Source: Dehalococcoidia bacterium
GTDB lineage: Bacteria > Chloroflexota > Dehalococcoidia > SM23-28-2 > RBG-16-64-32
Direction: 5' to 3'
Length of the DNA stretch: 64,000 bases
Assembly: GCA_040877915.1 (NCBI GenBank)
Contig: JBBDNA010000013.1
Location: 13,760 to 77,759 of the forward strand
Shown here: positions 39,800 through 49,506 of the stretch, piece after piece
Numbering within the stretch: position 1 is the first letter of the stretch
Layout: each line of letters opens with the position of its first letter
The notes under the pieces: model-generated
Seen by the model: the letters and a program-made list of their open reading frames with translations, nothing else
What the model was told of the DNA's origin: nothing
The model's database searches: none
Translations under genes and position numbers: made by a program

Positions 39800-40015
39800 C
39801 TAGTCTCCGCCCTCGTACTTGAACGACACCTTCACCTTCGCCCGGTATGCCCGCACCTTCCCGTCCTCCAGCTGCATGTCCAGCTCCACGACCTCGGCGA
39901 TCCGCAGGTCCCGCAGCGATCCCGCCGCCCGCTGCACCGCCGCCGTCGCCGCCTTCTCCCACGATTCGCTGCTCGTACCCACCAGCTCGATTACCTTGTA
40001 CACGCTCTCCGGCAT
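39800..40015 (-). CDS. Dodecin family protein
   Basis: VYKVIELVGTS-SWE-A...YRAKVKVSFKY. Confidence 0.92.
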   Translation of the reverse strand: MPESVYKVIELVGTSSESWEKAATAAVQRAAGSLRDLRIAEVVELDMQLEDGKVRAYRAKVKVSFKYEGGD

Positions 40016-40229
40016 TTTGCGATTCCTCCTTGGGATATGATGGGGCGACCGTCAGGCTCGGGGCGGCCCCCTGAACGAAAGGGTGCGTCTACGTTAGCCG
40101 TCTAACCGGCATCCGTCAACGCGTTGACAACGAACGGCTGGCGCCCCCGGCAAGAGACGCCCCGAAGGGCGCTCGTCTGGGCGAACAGCGGCGAGGTATA
40201 ATCTCGGCGACTAGCTGAGGAGGCCGCCC

Positions 40230-40655
40230 ATGCCGGTAAACCCGACGGTCCGCAAGTTTTTCTCGCGGGCACACACCTTTGCCTATCGCGCCACGGGTGG
40301 AAAGCTGGGAAGTTCCATGCGGGGTGTGCCAATCGTCCTGCTCACCACCACCGGCCGGTCTTCGGGTCGCCCGCGGACTACGCCGCTACAGAGCATCGAG
40401 GACGGCGAAAACACCATCGTCATCGCATCCAACGGCGGCCATAGGGTTGATCCCGAGTGGTGGCTGAACCTGAAGAGGGACCCCGAAGCCACTCTGCGCA
40501 TCGGCCGGCGCGACCAGCGCATACACGCGGAAGAGGCGGTGGGCGACGAGCGTGAACGGCTCTGGACGAAGGCGCTCAAGCAATTCCCCGGCTACGCTAG
40601 CTACGAGAAGACCGCGGAACGCCAGCTACCCGTCGTCATCCTGAGGCCGGGCTAG
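40230..40655 (+). CDS. F420-dependent (Ddn-like) nitroreductase family protein
   Basis: LLTTTGRSSG-PRTTPL, ASNGG-P-WWLNL, Y-R-LPVVIL. Confidence 0.9.
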   Translation: MPVNPTVRKFFSRAHTFAYRATGGKLGSSMRGVPIVLLTTTGRSSGRPRTTPLQSIEDGENTIVIASNGGHRVDPEWWLNLKRDPEATLRIGRRDQRIHAEEAVGDERERLWTKALKQFPGYASYEKTAERQLPVVILRPG

Positions 40656-41467
40656 CCGTCGCGGCTCCCCGGTCGCCGCCCCTTGGCCGCCCAGGCCCTG
40701 GCGATCAGATGGATCGACCCGTCATCGTCGCGGGGTAGGGTCGGCTCGATTCGCTCTCGCAGCTCGGACCGCCGCTCCTCGCTCAGCGAGGCCACGTACG
40801 TCGGCGCGGCCCCCTGACCCCCCAGGAACGGGCTCCAGTAGTCGTCGAAGTCCGCGAATACCGTCGGAACGTCTATGGCGCGGACGCCCACGCCCTCCAG
40901 ACCGGCGCCCTGAAACAGGCTCAGCAGCCCGTCCGGGTGGCAGATCGGGAATCGCTCTGCCTCGTCCAGGTCCGAACTTTCCGGATCAAGCGATGCCACC
41001 GCGTCCCAAAAGTAGCGCAACATCTGCATCTCGCCCGCGTAGTCCCATACGTACACCCCTACCGTACCCTCCGGCCTGGCCACCCGCGAGAACTCTGCCA
41101 GGGCGATTCCCGGGCTCGGCACGAAGTTGAGCACGAGTCCGGCGACGACCGCGTCGTAGCTCGTCGAGTCCTCCGCGATCGCCACGGCATCACCCCTCGC
41201 GAACGTCGCCCGCTTGTCCTTCAGATTCTTCCCTGCGAACGATATGAATCCGTCCGAAGGGTCGATACCCTTGACCGACTCGGGATCGGCTAGGGCCAGG
41301 ATCGTTTCCGTGAGAGCCCCCGTGCCGCATCCCACGTCCAGCCATCGACTGCCAGTGGAGACGCCCAGCCACCGGATGAACTCGCGAGCCACGCCGCGGC
41401 TCCATCGCCCCACGTAGGGCTCGTAGGCCTCACCAACCTCCCACCTGTCGCTCGGGTGCTCCACCAT
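40652..41467 (-). CDS. Class I SAM-dependent methyltransferase
   Basis: YEPYVGRWS, WLDVGCGTG, LVLNF, YVWDY. Confidence 0.88.
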   Translation of the reverse strand: MVEHPSDRWEVGEAYEPYVGRWSRGVAREFIRWLGVSTGSRWLDVGCGTGALTETILALADPESVKGIDPSDGFISFAGKNLKDKRATFARGDAVAIAEDSTSYDAVVAGLVLNFVPSPGIALAEFSRVARPEGTVGVYVWDYAGEMQMLRYFWDAVASLDPESSDLDEAERFPICHPDGLLSLFQGAGLEGVGVRAIDVPTVFADFDDYWSPFLGGQGAAPTYVASLSEERRSELRERIEPTLPRDDDGSIHLIARAWAAKGRRPGSRDG

Positions 41468-41511
41468 CAGCCAGCGTCCGCCGTCTACGGCTCAGGAGCC
41501 GAAAATAGTCG

Positions 41512-41587
<76 letters not shown>

Positions 41588-41693
41588 TCCGCACCATCTT
41601 ATTCCCGCCGCACTCCCCCATCAAGACGCCCGTCCGCACCCTCGGTTGACAGCCCGCGCCGCCATCCCCCATCCTGAACCCGGCCCCCCGATC

Positions 41694-43223
41694 ATGTCCG
41701 AACTCGAACACCCGCATAGCCCCAGGATCGACAGCCTCCAGGACCTCTGCCGTCAGATGCTGGCCGAGCGCCGCCTCATCATCGCCAGCAACCGCGGCCC
41801 AATCGAGTTCAACGTCGAGGACGACGGCTCCCTGACCAGCCAGCGCGGCGGCGGTGGCATGGTCACCGCCCTCCTGGCCGCCACCAGCTTCGTCCCCGCC
41901 ACCTGGATCGCCACCGCCATGACCGAGGGCGACCGCCGCGCCGCCGAAGAGGCCAACGGCCACTCCATCAAGGTTCCCGAAAACGAGATATACGTCCGCT
42001 TCGTCGTCGTCCCCGGCCCCGTGTACCAGCGTCACTACTACGTCTTCTGCAACCCTCTCCTCTGGTTCGTCCAGCACTACATGTGGAACACCCCCCGCAC
42101 GCCCAACATCGGCCGCGCCGTTTACGACGCCTGGGAGAACGGCTACATCCCCGTCAACGAGGCCATCGCCGACGCCATCGCCGACGAGTGCGCCGCCGAC
42201 AAGCAGCCGCCGTACGTCCTCCTCCAGGACTACCATCTCTACCACGCCACCGCTCGCGTCCGAGAGAAGCTCCCCGAAGCCACCCTCCTCCACTTCACCC
42301 ACATCCCCTGGCCCGGCCCCCGCTACTGGAAGATCCTCCCTGAGTTCATGCGGCACGCCATCCACGAGGACATGTGCACTGCCGACATCGTCGGCCTCCA
42401 GACCAGGAGCGACGTCGTCAACTTCCTCCACTGCTGCGAGTCCATGCTCAAGGACGCCACGATAGACTTCCAGCAGCGCAACGTCACCTACCGCGGCCGC
42501 ACTACCGCCATCCGCAGCTACCCCATCTCCATCGACGCCCCCGGCCTCCTGGCCTTCGCCCAGACCGGCGAGGTCAAGCGCTACGCCGAACAGATCCGCG
42601 CCCGCGTCAAAGGCCAGGCCATCGTCCGCGTCGACCGCTCCGAGCCCAGCAAGAACGTCCTTCGCGGCCTCCGCGTTTTCGAGCTCCTGCTGGAGCGCTT
42701 CTCCGACCTCCGCGGCCGCGTCACCCTCCTCCAGTTCCTCGTCCCCTCCCGCAGCGAGCTCGGCGTCTACCAGACCTACACCGACGAAGCCTTCGAGATA
42801 ATCGAATCCATCAACGACGAGTACGGCGACGTCGACTGGCAGCCCGTCCACGTCTTCTACGAGAACAACTACGCCCAGGCCATCGCCGGCATGTCTCTCT
42901 ACGACGTCCTGTTCGTCAACCCCGTCATCGACGGCATGAACCTCGTCTCCAAAGAGGGCCCCCTGGTCAACGAGAACGACGGCGTCCTCGTCCTCTCCGA
43001 GCTCGCCGGCTCCTACGAGCAGCTCTCAGAGCACGCCCTCGGCGTCACCCCCACCGACCTGGAGGGCAGCGTCCGCGCCCTTTACAAGGCCCTGGTCATG
43101 CCCCGGGACGAGCGGCGCCGCCGCGCCGCCACCCTCAAGCGGCTGATCCAGGAGGAGGACATCGTCCACTGGCTGGAGCGCCAGCTCCACGACCTCATGA
43201 CCGCCTCCACGGGAGCCCTCTAG
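41694..43223 (+). CDS. otsA: Trehalose-6-phosphate synthase (GT20)
   Basis: SNRGP, GGMVTAL, QDYH, HIPWP, RVDR-K, DGMNLV-KE. Confidence 0.92.
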   Translation: MSELEHPHSPRIDSLQDLCRQMLAERRLIIASNRGPIEFNVEDDGSLTSQRGGGGMVTALLAATSFVPATWIATAMTEGDRRAAEEANGHSIKVPENEIYVRFVVVPGPVYQRHYYVFCNPLLWFVQHYMWNTPRTPNIGRAVYDAWENGYIPVNEAIADAIADECAADKQPPYVLLQDYHLYHATARVREKLPEATLLHFTHIPWPGPRYWKILPEFMRHAIHEDMCTADIVGLQTRSDVVNFLHCCESMLKDATIDFQQRNVTYRGRTTAIRSYPISIDAPGLLAFAQTGEVKRYAEQIRARVKGQAIVRVDRSEPSKNVLRGLRVFELLLERFSDLRGRVTLLQFLVPSRSELGVYQTYTDEAFEIIESINDEYGDVDWQPVHVFYENNYAQAIAGMSLYDVLFVNPVIDGMNLVSKEGPLVNENDGVLVLSELAGSYEQLSEHALGVTPTDLEGSVRALYKALVMPRDERRRRAATLKRLIQEEDIVHWLERQLHDLMTASTGAL

Positions 43224-43239
43224 GCCCCTCCACCCCAAC

Positions 43240-43436
43240 GTAGGGGGCGATCTTCTGAGCCTGTCGTGAGCATCGCCATCCCAATGTAGGGGCGACCTTC
43301 AGGTCGCCCGCAGAGCCTGCCCTGAGCTTGTCGAAGGGCGAGGCCCGCCAGCCCCGCTCGTCCTGAGCCCATCGAAGGGCGAGGCCCGCTAGCCCTGCTC
43401 GTCCTGAGCCTGTCGAAGGGCGAGGCCCGCTAGCCC
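43240..43436. repeat. REP cluster: two GTAG REPs plus three tandem family-B units of about 40 bp
   Basis: CCTGAGC-N3-TCGAAGGGCGAGGCCCGC x3; GTAGGGGCGACCTTCAGGTCGCCC at 43286. Confidence 0.85.
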
Positions 43437-44230
43437 CCCGCGTCCAGGGCCTGCGCTATCTCCCCCAGCAGCCACTCCACCCCCTCCGGCGCGATCCAGT
43501 AGTCCGCGGCCCCCATCACCTCCGGCGCCGCCTCCGCGCTCGCCACCGCGACCGTTACGGCTTCGACGCCCCGCAGCGCCACCGCCGCCCGGAACATGTC
43601 GATGTCCGTCACGTCGTCGCCCAGGCAGACCGCCGCCGCCAGCCCCAGCCGCTCCGTCAGCGCGGCCAGCGCCGTCCCCTTGTCCGCAGCTATCGGCGGC
43701 CGCAGCTCCACCACCATCCGCCCCTCTCGCACCTCGAACCGTCTCGCTGCCTCCGACCGCTCGATCGCCGCCAGGATCGCCTCTCGCGCGCCCTCTGGCT
43801 CGACCGCGTTGCGGTAGTGCACCGCCAGCAATGCCCCCGTGTTCTCGATCTGCACTCCGGGCGCCGACCCGGCGAGATCCGCCAGCTCCCGTTCGGTCGC
43901 CAGCGCCAGCGGCTCGTACTCCGCCAGCCCCGGCGCGCTCTCCCGCTTTCCCTCCACCCACAGCGTTAGCCCGTGGTCCGTCGCGTACGCCACTCCCTCC
44001 ACCCCCACCATCCGTCGCGCCGTTTCCAGCGGCCGTCCCGTGATCGCCGCCACCCGCACCCCCTTCGCGAGCAGCTCCCGCAGCAGCGACCGCACCGGCT
44101 CCGGCACCGTCGCCTTCTCCGGCCTGGCCACGATCGGCGCCAGCGTCCCGTCGATGTCCGACATCACGCCCAGCGGCCGCTGTCGGATGATCGGCAGCAG
44201 AGGCTCTATTCCCGTCAGCTCCTTCGCCAT
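43430..44230 (-). CDS. otsB: Trehalose-6-phosphate phosphatase
   Basis: DIDGTL, ITGR, VHYR, ELRP-DKG, GDDVTD. Confidence 0.93.
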   Translation of the reverse strand: MAKELTGIEPLLPIIRQRPLGVMSDIDGTLAPIVARPEKATVPEPVRSLLRELLAKGVRVAAITGRPLETARRMVGVEGVAYATDHGLTLWVEGKRESAPGLAEYEPLALATERELADLAGSAPGVQIENTGALLAVHYRNAVEPEGAREAILAAIERSEAARRFEVREGRMVVELRPPIAADKGTALAALTERLGLAAAVCLGDDVTDIDMFRAAVALRGVEAVTVAVASAEAAPEVMGAADYWIAPEGVEWLLGEIAQALDAGG

Positions 44231-44346
44231 CGAACGCGAGTCTAGCACAGCGGCGCGGGCGAGCGTCAGGCGGCCCGCCGCGCTTGACAAACCCTTCCCC
44301 TCTGCCTATATTGCGCCCCAAACGCGGCCGCAGTAGGAGGAACACA

Positions 44347-45021
44347 ATGCGCCGGTTCATCGTCGCTGCCCTGCTCGCTCTCGTCGCCTCGCTGGCCCTG
44401 TTCATGCCCACCGGTGGCAACAGCACCAGCGCCAGCCACGTCGATCCCATCCTGTTCGTCCACGGCTACACCAGCAACGCCAGCGCCTGGAACACGATGA
44501 TCTCGCGCTTCCAGACCGACGGCTGGGAGTCCAACCGGCTGTTCGCCTACACCTTCAGCAGCACCCAGTCCAACGCCACCGTCGCCCAGGCCGTCAAGAC
44601 CAGGGTCGACCAGATCCGCGCCCAAACCGGCGCCGCCAAGGTGGACATCATCACCCACTCCATGGGTGGCCTGTCCAGCCGCTACTACCTCAAGAACCTG
44701 GGGGGCGCGGCCGTGACCGACGAGTGGGTTTCTCTGGGCGGCCCCAACCACGGCACCACCTGGGCCTACGCCTGCTTCTTCTTCTCGCCCTGCAACCAGA
44801 TGATACCGGGTTCCAGCTTTCTCAACGCCCTCAACTCCGGCGACGAGACCCCCGGCGCCGTGCGCTACGGCGCCTGGTGGTCGCCTTGCGACGAGCTGAT
44901 AAACCCCGACACCAGCACCATCCTCAGCGGCGCCACCAACACCCAAACGGCCTGCATGAGCCACTCCGCCCTTCGGACGGACGCCACCGTCTACGGCCAG
45001 GTGCGAGAGTTCGTCCGCTAA
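44347..45021 (+). CDS. Secreted triacylglycerol lipase (Bacillus/Streptomyces type)
   Basis: Signal peptide, FVHGY, THSMG nucleophile elbow, GGPNHG. Confidence 0.88.
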   Translation: MRRFIVAALLALVASLALFMPTGGNSTSASHVDPILFVHGYTSNASAWNTMISRFQTDGWESNRLFAYTFSSTQSNATVAQAVKTRVDQIRAQTGAAKVDIITHSMGGLSSRYYLKNLGGAAVTDEWVSLGGPNHGTTWAYACFFFSPCNQMIPGSSFLNALNSGDETPGAVRYGAWWSPCDELINPDTSTILSGATNTQTACMSHSALRTDATVYGQVREFVR

Positions 45022-45043
45022 CGGGCGCCGGTCGCCAATCGTC

Positions 45044-45067
45044 GTAGGGGCGACCTTCAGGTCGCCC
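45044..45067 (+). repeat. GTAG REP
   Basis: GTAGGGGCGACCTTCAGGTCGCCC identical to 24750 and 43286. Confidence 0.85.
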
Positions 45068-45095
45068 GCTTGGCGCGGCCTCAGCTGCGCGTCGT

Positions 45096-45890
45096 TCAGA
45101 CCAGCGGCGTAAACCGCTGCATGATTTCGGCTACGCGAACGCCGATGCCGCCCAGTGTTTGCAGGACTGGCCTCCCCGCACCTAGCCCTTTGTCGTAAAA
45201 CGCTACATCGAATCTGACATCGCTCTGCGCGTACACGTCCAATTCGGGGCCGGGGAGGATGCGGAACCGCGCGACCTCTGCCTGACTTTCGAATGTGCCG
45301 TAAGTGACGCTGACTTGCTCAAATCGTGCCGCGGCCTCACTTGGTGTGAAGTTGTGGAAGCTTGCATTCGTGATGACGCTTGTCAGGTGGATGAATTGGT
45401 GCCTGTCGAAGTTAGACAGGCGGTAAAGGAGCCAGAGAGGGTCGTCCTCCGGCCTTCCGTGCCGTCCCTGAAACGGCTGCTCGTCCTCGATGACTGCTTG
45501 GTGATCCGGTCGCAGAAGGCGAATGCGCTTCTCTACAGCCCCCGTCAAGTTCCCGGTCACAGGATTTCGGAACTTGTCTCGTTCGAGAAAGATCGGGAAC
45601 TCTACGTGGTCATCAACGACTTGCTCGTTGTATCTCGCCAGATCGCAGGCCATGTAATCAAGAGCGGCTCTTTGGTGGTAGAGGGTTTCCCCAATGAGGC
45701 CGCTGCAACTGGGCGGTGGCTCGCTGTGGGAGAACGCTCTCACGATCAGATAGCCCGGCTCCGATGTGAAGTCATTAACAACACCATTCGCCTTTCCTTT
45801 AAGGAACCGCTCGATCGTCCTGTGCAGAGCCTTGAGGTGCGTTGTGGCCCGCGTCAGTTTGTACGCGATGGCGTAATCAGTGTCCGTCAT
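45096..45890 (-). CDS. Lower-GC hypothetical protein (possibly HEPN-like)
   Basis: 264 aa; KL-RA-H, RAALDY, FPI, L-LSNFDRH. Confidence 0.7.
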   Translation of the reverse strand: MTDTDYAIAYKLTRATTHLKALHRTIERFLKGKANGVVNDFTSEPGYLIVRAFSHSEPPPSCSGLIGETLYHQRAALDYMACDLARYNEQVVDDHVEFPIFLERDKFRNPVTGNLTGAVEKRIRLLRPDHQAVIEDEQPFQGRHGRPEDDPLWLLYRLSNFDRHQFIHLTSVITNASFHNFTPSEAAARFEQVSVTYGTFESQAEVARFRILPGPELDVYAQSDVRFDVAFYDKGLGAGRPVLQTLGGIGVRVAEIMQRFTPLV

Positions 45891-45956
45891 GGGGTACTCA
45901 CACTATGGCCGGCGCGTTGGGGGATAGGGGGGTGAAACAACCGTCTGCGCTTTCGA

Positions 45957-47480
45957 TTACAGCCGCCGGCGGTACTGCAGCGCCTCCGCCAGCTGCGAGC
46001 TCGTGATCACCTCCGAGCCGCTCAGGTCGGCGATCGTCCGCGCCAGCTTCAGCACCCGGTGGAACGCCCTCGCCGACAGGCTCAGCTGGTTCATCGCCAT
46101 CCGCAGCAGCGACTTCGCCGGCTCGTCCAGGTTGCGCTGGCAGAACTCCCGCACCGCCACCGGCCCCATCTCTGAATTGCACACCAGGTGCGACTCCGAG
46201 AACCGCAGCCGCTGCCGCTCCCGGCTCGCCTCCACCCGCGCCCGCACGTCGGCCGAATCCTCGGCGAAGGCGTCGTCGGTCAGCTTCTCGTACTCCACCC
46301 GTGGCACGTCCACGAAGATGTCGATCCGGTCCAGCAGCGGCCCCGATATCCGGTGCTGGTAGCGAGTGACGGCGGAAGGTGAGCAGACGCACTGCTTCGT
46401 CGAGTCGCCGTGAAAGCCGCACGGGCAGGGGTTCATCGCCGCCACCATCGTGAAGTTCGCCGGGAACGTCACCGTCCCCTGCGCCCGGCTCACCGTCACC
46501 TCCCCGTCCTCCATCGGCTGCCGGATAGACTCCAGCACCGAGTGCGGGAACTCCGGCAGCTCGTCCAGGAACAGCACCCCGCGATGGCTCAGCGTGATCT
46601 CGCCCGGCCGCGGCTGCCGCCCTCCCCCCACCAGACCCGCGTGCGAGATCGTGTGGTGCGGCGCCCGGAACGGCCGCTGCCGCACCAGCGGCGTCTCCGG
46701 CCGCAGCAGCCCCGCCACGCTGTATATCTTCGTGACCTCCAGCGCCTCCGTCGCACTCGTCGACGGCAGGATACCCGGCATCGCCCGCGCCAGCAGCGTC
46801 TTCCCCGCCCCCGGCGGCCCCGACATCAGCACGTTGTGCCCGCCCGCCGCCGCCACCTCCAGCGCCCGCTTTACGTGCTCCTGGCCCCGGATGTCCCGGA
46901 AGTCCACGACATGCGTGTCCGGCGGCGCCTCCGGCCGCTCCCTGGCTGCCGCCACGAACGGCGCGATCGGTTGCAGCGATCGCAAGTGCGAAGCCAGCTG
47001 GCCCAGATCGGCGACCGGCATCACCTGCACCCCGTCGATGAGCGACGCCTCCCCCGCGTCGTCCGATGGCACGTACACCGCCTGGAATCCCCGGTCGCGC
47101 GCCAGCGCCACCATCGGCAACACCCCCTGCGTATGCCGCACCTTCCCGTCCAGCGAGAGCTCGCCCAGGAAGACCGCCCGCTCATCCGTCGCCTCAACCT
47201 GCCCGGACGCCATCAGGATGCCCATCGCTATCGGCAGGTCGTACGCCGGCCCCTCCTTGCGCAGGTCCGCCGGCGCCAGGTTCACCGTGATGCGCTTCAT
47301 CGGGAAGGCGTGCCCGGAGTTCCGCACCGCCGAACGCACCCGCTCCTTCGCCTCCTGCACCGCCGTGTCCGGCAGCCCCACTATGGCGAACGCGGGCAGC
47401 CCCTGGCTTATGTCGACTTCAACTTCGACGACTTCGCCGCCCAAACCAACGACGGCGCAACTGCTAACCTTGGCGAGCAT
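45957..47480 (-). CDS. comM: YifB/ComM Mg-chelatase-like AAA+ ATPase
   Basis: VGLPD-AVQE, NLAPADL-KEG, GPPGAGKT, FRAPHH, LFLDE, NPCPCG, EALQYR. Confidence 0.95.
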   Translation of the reverse strand: MLAKVSSCAVVGLGGEVVEVEVDISQGLPAFAIVGLPDTAVQEAKERVRSAVRNSGHAFPMKRITVNLAPADLRKEGPAYDLPIAMGILMASGQVEATDERAVFLGELSLDGKVRHTQGVLPMVALARDRGFQAVYVPSDDAGEASLIDGVQVMPVADLGQLASHLRSLQPIAPFVAAARERPEAPPDTHVVDFRDIRGQEHVKRALEVAAAGGHNVLMSGPPGAGKTLLARAMPGILPSTSATEALEVTKIYSVAGLLRPETPLVRQRPFRAPHHTISHAGLVGGGRQPRPGEITLSHRGVLFLDELPEFPHSVLESIRQPMEDGEVTVSRAQGTVTFPANFTMVAAMNPCPCGFHGDSTKQCVCSPSAVTRYQHRISGPLLDRIDIFVDVPRVEYEKLTDDAFAEDSADVRARVEASRERQRLRFSESHLVCNSEMGPVAVREFCQRNLDEPAKSLLRMAMNQLSLSARAFHRVLKLARTIADLSGSEVITSSQLAEALQYRRRL

Positions 47481-47620
47481 CGCCCTCCTGTGGCGCTACG
47501 TAGGCTTCGTCGCCCCCGCTGTGCGTTCCCCGGTCTGCTGGCGCGTTCCGCTCAGCCGAGCCTATGCTCCCTCGTCGGGAGAGTCAACAATTACGTGACA
47601 CGCTCGAGTCGCCAGCGATG

Positions 47621-48196
47621 CTATTGCGTGCCGCGTGCCATCCACTCGGTTCCAAGGTAGCCTGACGAATTTGTCTTGGCCTTGTAGTGGAAAGAGCTCG
47701 GCTGAACCCCACGGGAGAAGTCCGGCCAAACGTTGTTTTCGATGTGTCCGGTTTCCCCGTTCGTTAGCTCCTCGCCAAGGAGGACATTTGCCGAGGAGAG
47801 GGACTCCCCGTAGTTGATTTGAACAATCTGCCAAGAGTTGGCCGGGAAGCCCCAGAACAGGGACGCTGCGTCGATCTCGACAAGCACAGCCGAACTGGTA
47901 AGCGGATCGCGCGACACCTGGGCCGGCGTTAGAAGGTCGCTGATGTCGTGAGGCGCTGGGCAACTGTAGACGCCCTCTCCGTCCGACGCCGTGAACTCCA
48001 AGGGGCAAGTCACCGTCTTGTCCGGTAGCTCAAACTCTTTTCCGTCAGTCGTCACGACCGTCATATCGAAAAAGCGTCCTTGGACCGACTGCGGCAAGGC
48101 GTCCGCCGGCTCTGAGAAGGTGGCTTGCGACAGCAGAATTGCGAGAAGGCCTGCCGCTAGAACCGTGCCGGTCACGATAACTGAGATCGTCTTCAT
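47621..48196 (-). CDS. Secreted hypothetical protein (lower GC)
   Basis: SD AGGAGGAG before MKTISV; signal peptide. Confidence 0.65.
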   Translation of the reverse strand: MKTISVIVTGTVLAAGLLAILLSQATFSEPADALPQSVQGRFFDMTVVTTDGKEFELPDKTVTCPLEFTASDGEGVYSCPAPHDISDLLTPAQVSRDPLTSSAVLVEIDAASLFWGFPANSWQIVQINYGESLSSANVLLGEELTNGETGHIENNVWPDFSRGVQPSSFHYKAKTNSSGYLGTEWMARGTQ

Positions 48197-48371
48197 GTCT
48201 CCTCCTAGTACACTGCAAAAGTCTTCTTGGCTTGACAATCGTTGATGAAGAGGAAGGGGGGCATCACCCAAACGGGTGAAAGAAGTGTGAAGACATACGT
48301 GAATTCGCTTATTGACAGACTTATTGACAGCAATTAAGTTGGCGATACTTGGTTGTAGGGGGGGTCCAGTT

Positions 48372-49484
48372 TTGAGGCAGGGCGAGTGGCCGCTTACTAT
48401 TCGAGAGGCCCGGATCGCGCAGCTCGTTGTGCGCGGGCTCTCGAACTCCGAGATCGCTGAAGATCTCCTCGTCAGCGGCGACACGGTCAAGAGCCACCTG
48501 AAGAACGTCTACCGCAAGTGCGGTGTTCGGAACAGGGCCGGCTTGGTTAGATGGTGGTTCGAGCAACTCGATCGGAGCGTTAGGAGCACCGTTCGAAGCA
48601 GCGCGGCGCATCAGACGAAGGTCGGACAGAGCGTGGCTACACGGCTGTTGGTCGCGCTACTGCTGCTTACCACCCTGGCAGTCGTCGGCCACGGAAGCAG
48701 CGGCCTCTTGGCTACCGAGGCTTTCGTTAACGTTGAGTCGCTTCAGGTTGCGCGAACTCGCTGGGTGGACGCTCCCGTGGATCGGAGCCTTGGTGTTGGC
48801 CTGGGCTGTGCCTCGGCCTCGAGTACCGCTCGGTCAGGCGAGCGCTGCGTCGCAGCGGAGGCAGGGGCGCAGGAGTTTCCCACGGTGGGTGTCGTTTCTC
48901 CACTAGACGGCGGGCAGGTCGTCGGTCCCACCGTGGAGATTCAGGTCGAGGTCACAGATTTCAATTTGGCCCCGCCCTCTGGAACCGGTGCAACACCTGG
49001 ACAGGGCCATATCGTCTACTACCTGGATTTTGAACCAGCCTTCGTGCCGGGCCAGTCGGCTATCCCTGAAGATCCCGACGTCGCATACGCGCCGACGCAT
49101 CTGCTCGCCCACACTTTCGGGATGGTGGCCCCAGGGCCACACCAGGTGTTCGTGCTCCTCGTCCATGGCGATCACACGCCGATCATTCCGCCAACGATTC
49201 ACTCTGTGAACTTCACCGTGCTACCGCCGGGTGAGACAGCGGTGCCTCCGCCCGACCAGCCCCAGACGGAGGTCGGAAGGACCGTCGCTGTGGACAAGAC
49301 GCCGGTGGCTGGCGAGGCGCCAGACAGTGCCGTGCTACCCGCCGTCCTTCCGGTCGTGGGAGAGCACTCCGATGAAGGGCGCATATGGTCCACCGAGTCG
49401 TGGTGGCTCGTGGCAGGTGTGGCGTTCCTGGCAGGCAGTGGACTGGTTGCCCTAGCCTTTAGGTACGGCCGGCACCGTCACTAA
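48372..49484 (+). CDS. LuxR HTH - TM - extracellular Ig-like domain - C-terminal anchor fusion (start approximate)
   Basis: LTIREARIAQLVVRGLSNSEIAEDL-VSGDTVKSHLKNVYRK; TM; GHIVYYLD...PGPHQV; LPVVG + TM + RHRH. Confidence 0.72.
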   Translation: MRQGEWPLTIREARIAQLVVRGLSNSEIAEDLLVSGDTVKSHLKNVYRKCGVRNRAGLVRWWFEQLDRSVRSTVRSSAAHQTKVGQSVATRLLVALLLLTTLAVVGHGSSGLLATEAFVNVESLQVARTRWVDAPVDRSLGVGLGCASASSTARSGERCVAAEAGAQEFPTVGVVSPLDGGQVVGPTVEIQVEVTDFNLAPPSGTGATPGQGHIVYYLDFEPAFVPGQSAIPEDPDVAYAPTHLLAHTFGMVAPGPHQVFVLLVHGDHTPIIPPTIHSVNFTVLPPGETAVPPPDQPQTEVGRTVAVDKTPVAGEAPDSAVLPAVLPVVGEHSDEGRIWSTESWWLVAGVAFLAGSGLVALAFRYGRHRH

Positions 49485-49506
49485 CGCGCCGCCCGGTCGG
49501 GCGACC

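Noticed and set aside
43315-43436. Possible CRISPR array (three tandem units of about 40 bp)
   Set aside because: No unique spacers, units are family-B repeats seen elsewhere, and no cas genes are present.
45957-47480. comM disrupted by a mobile element
   Set aside because: The ORF is intact and full length. Foreign DNA only flanks it.
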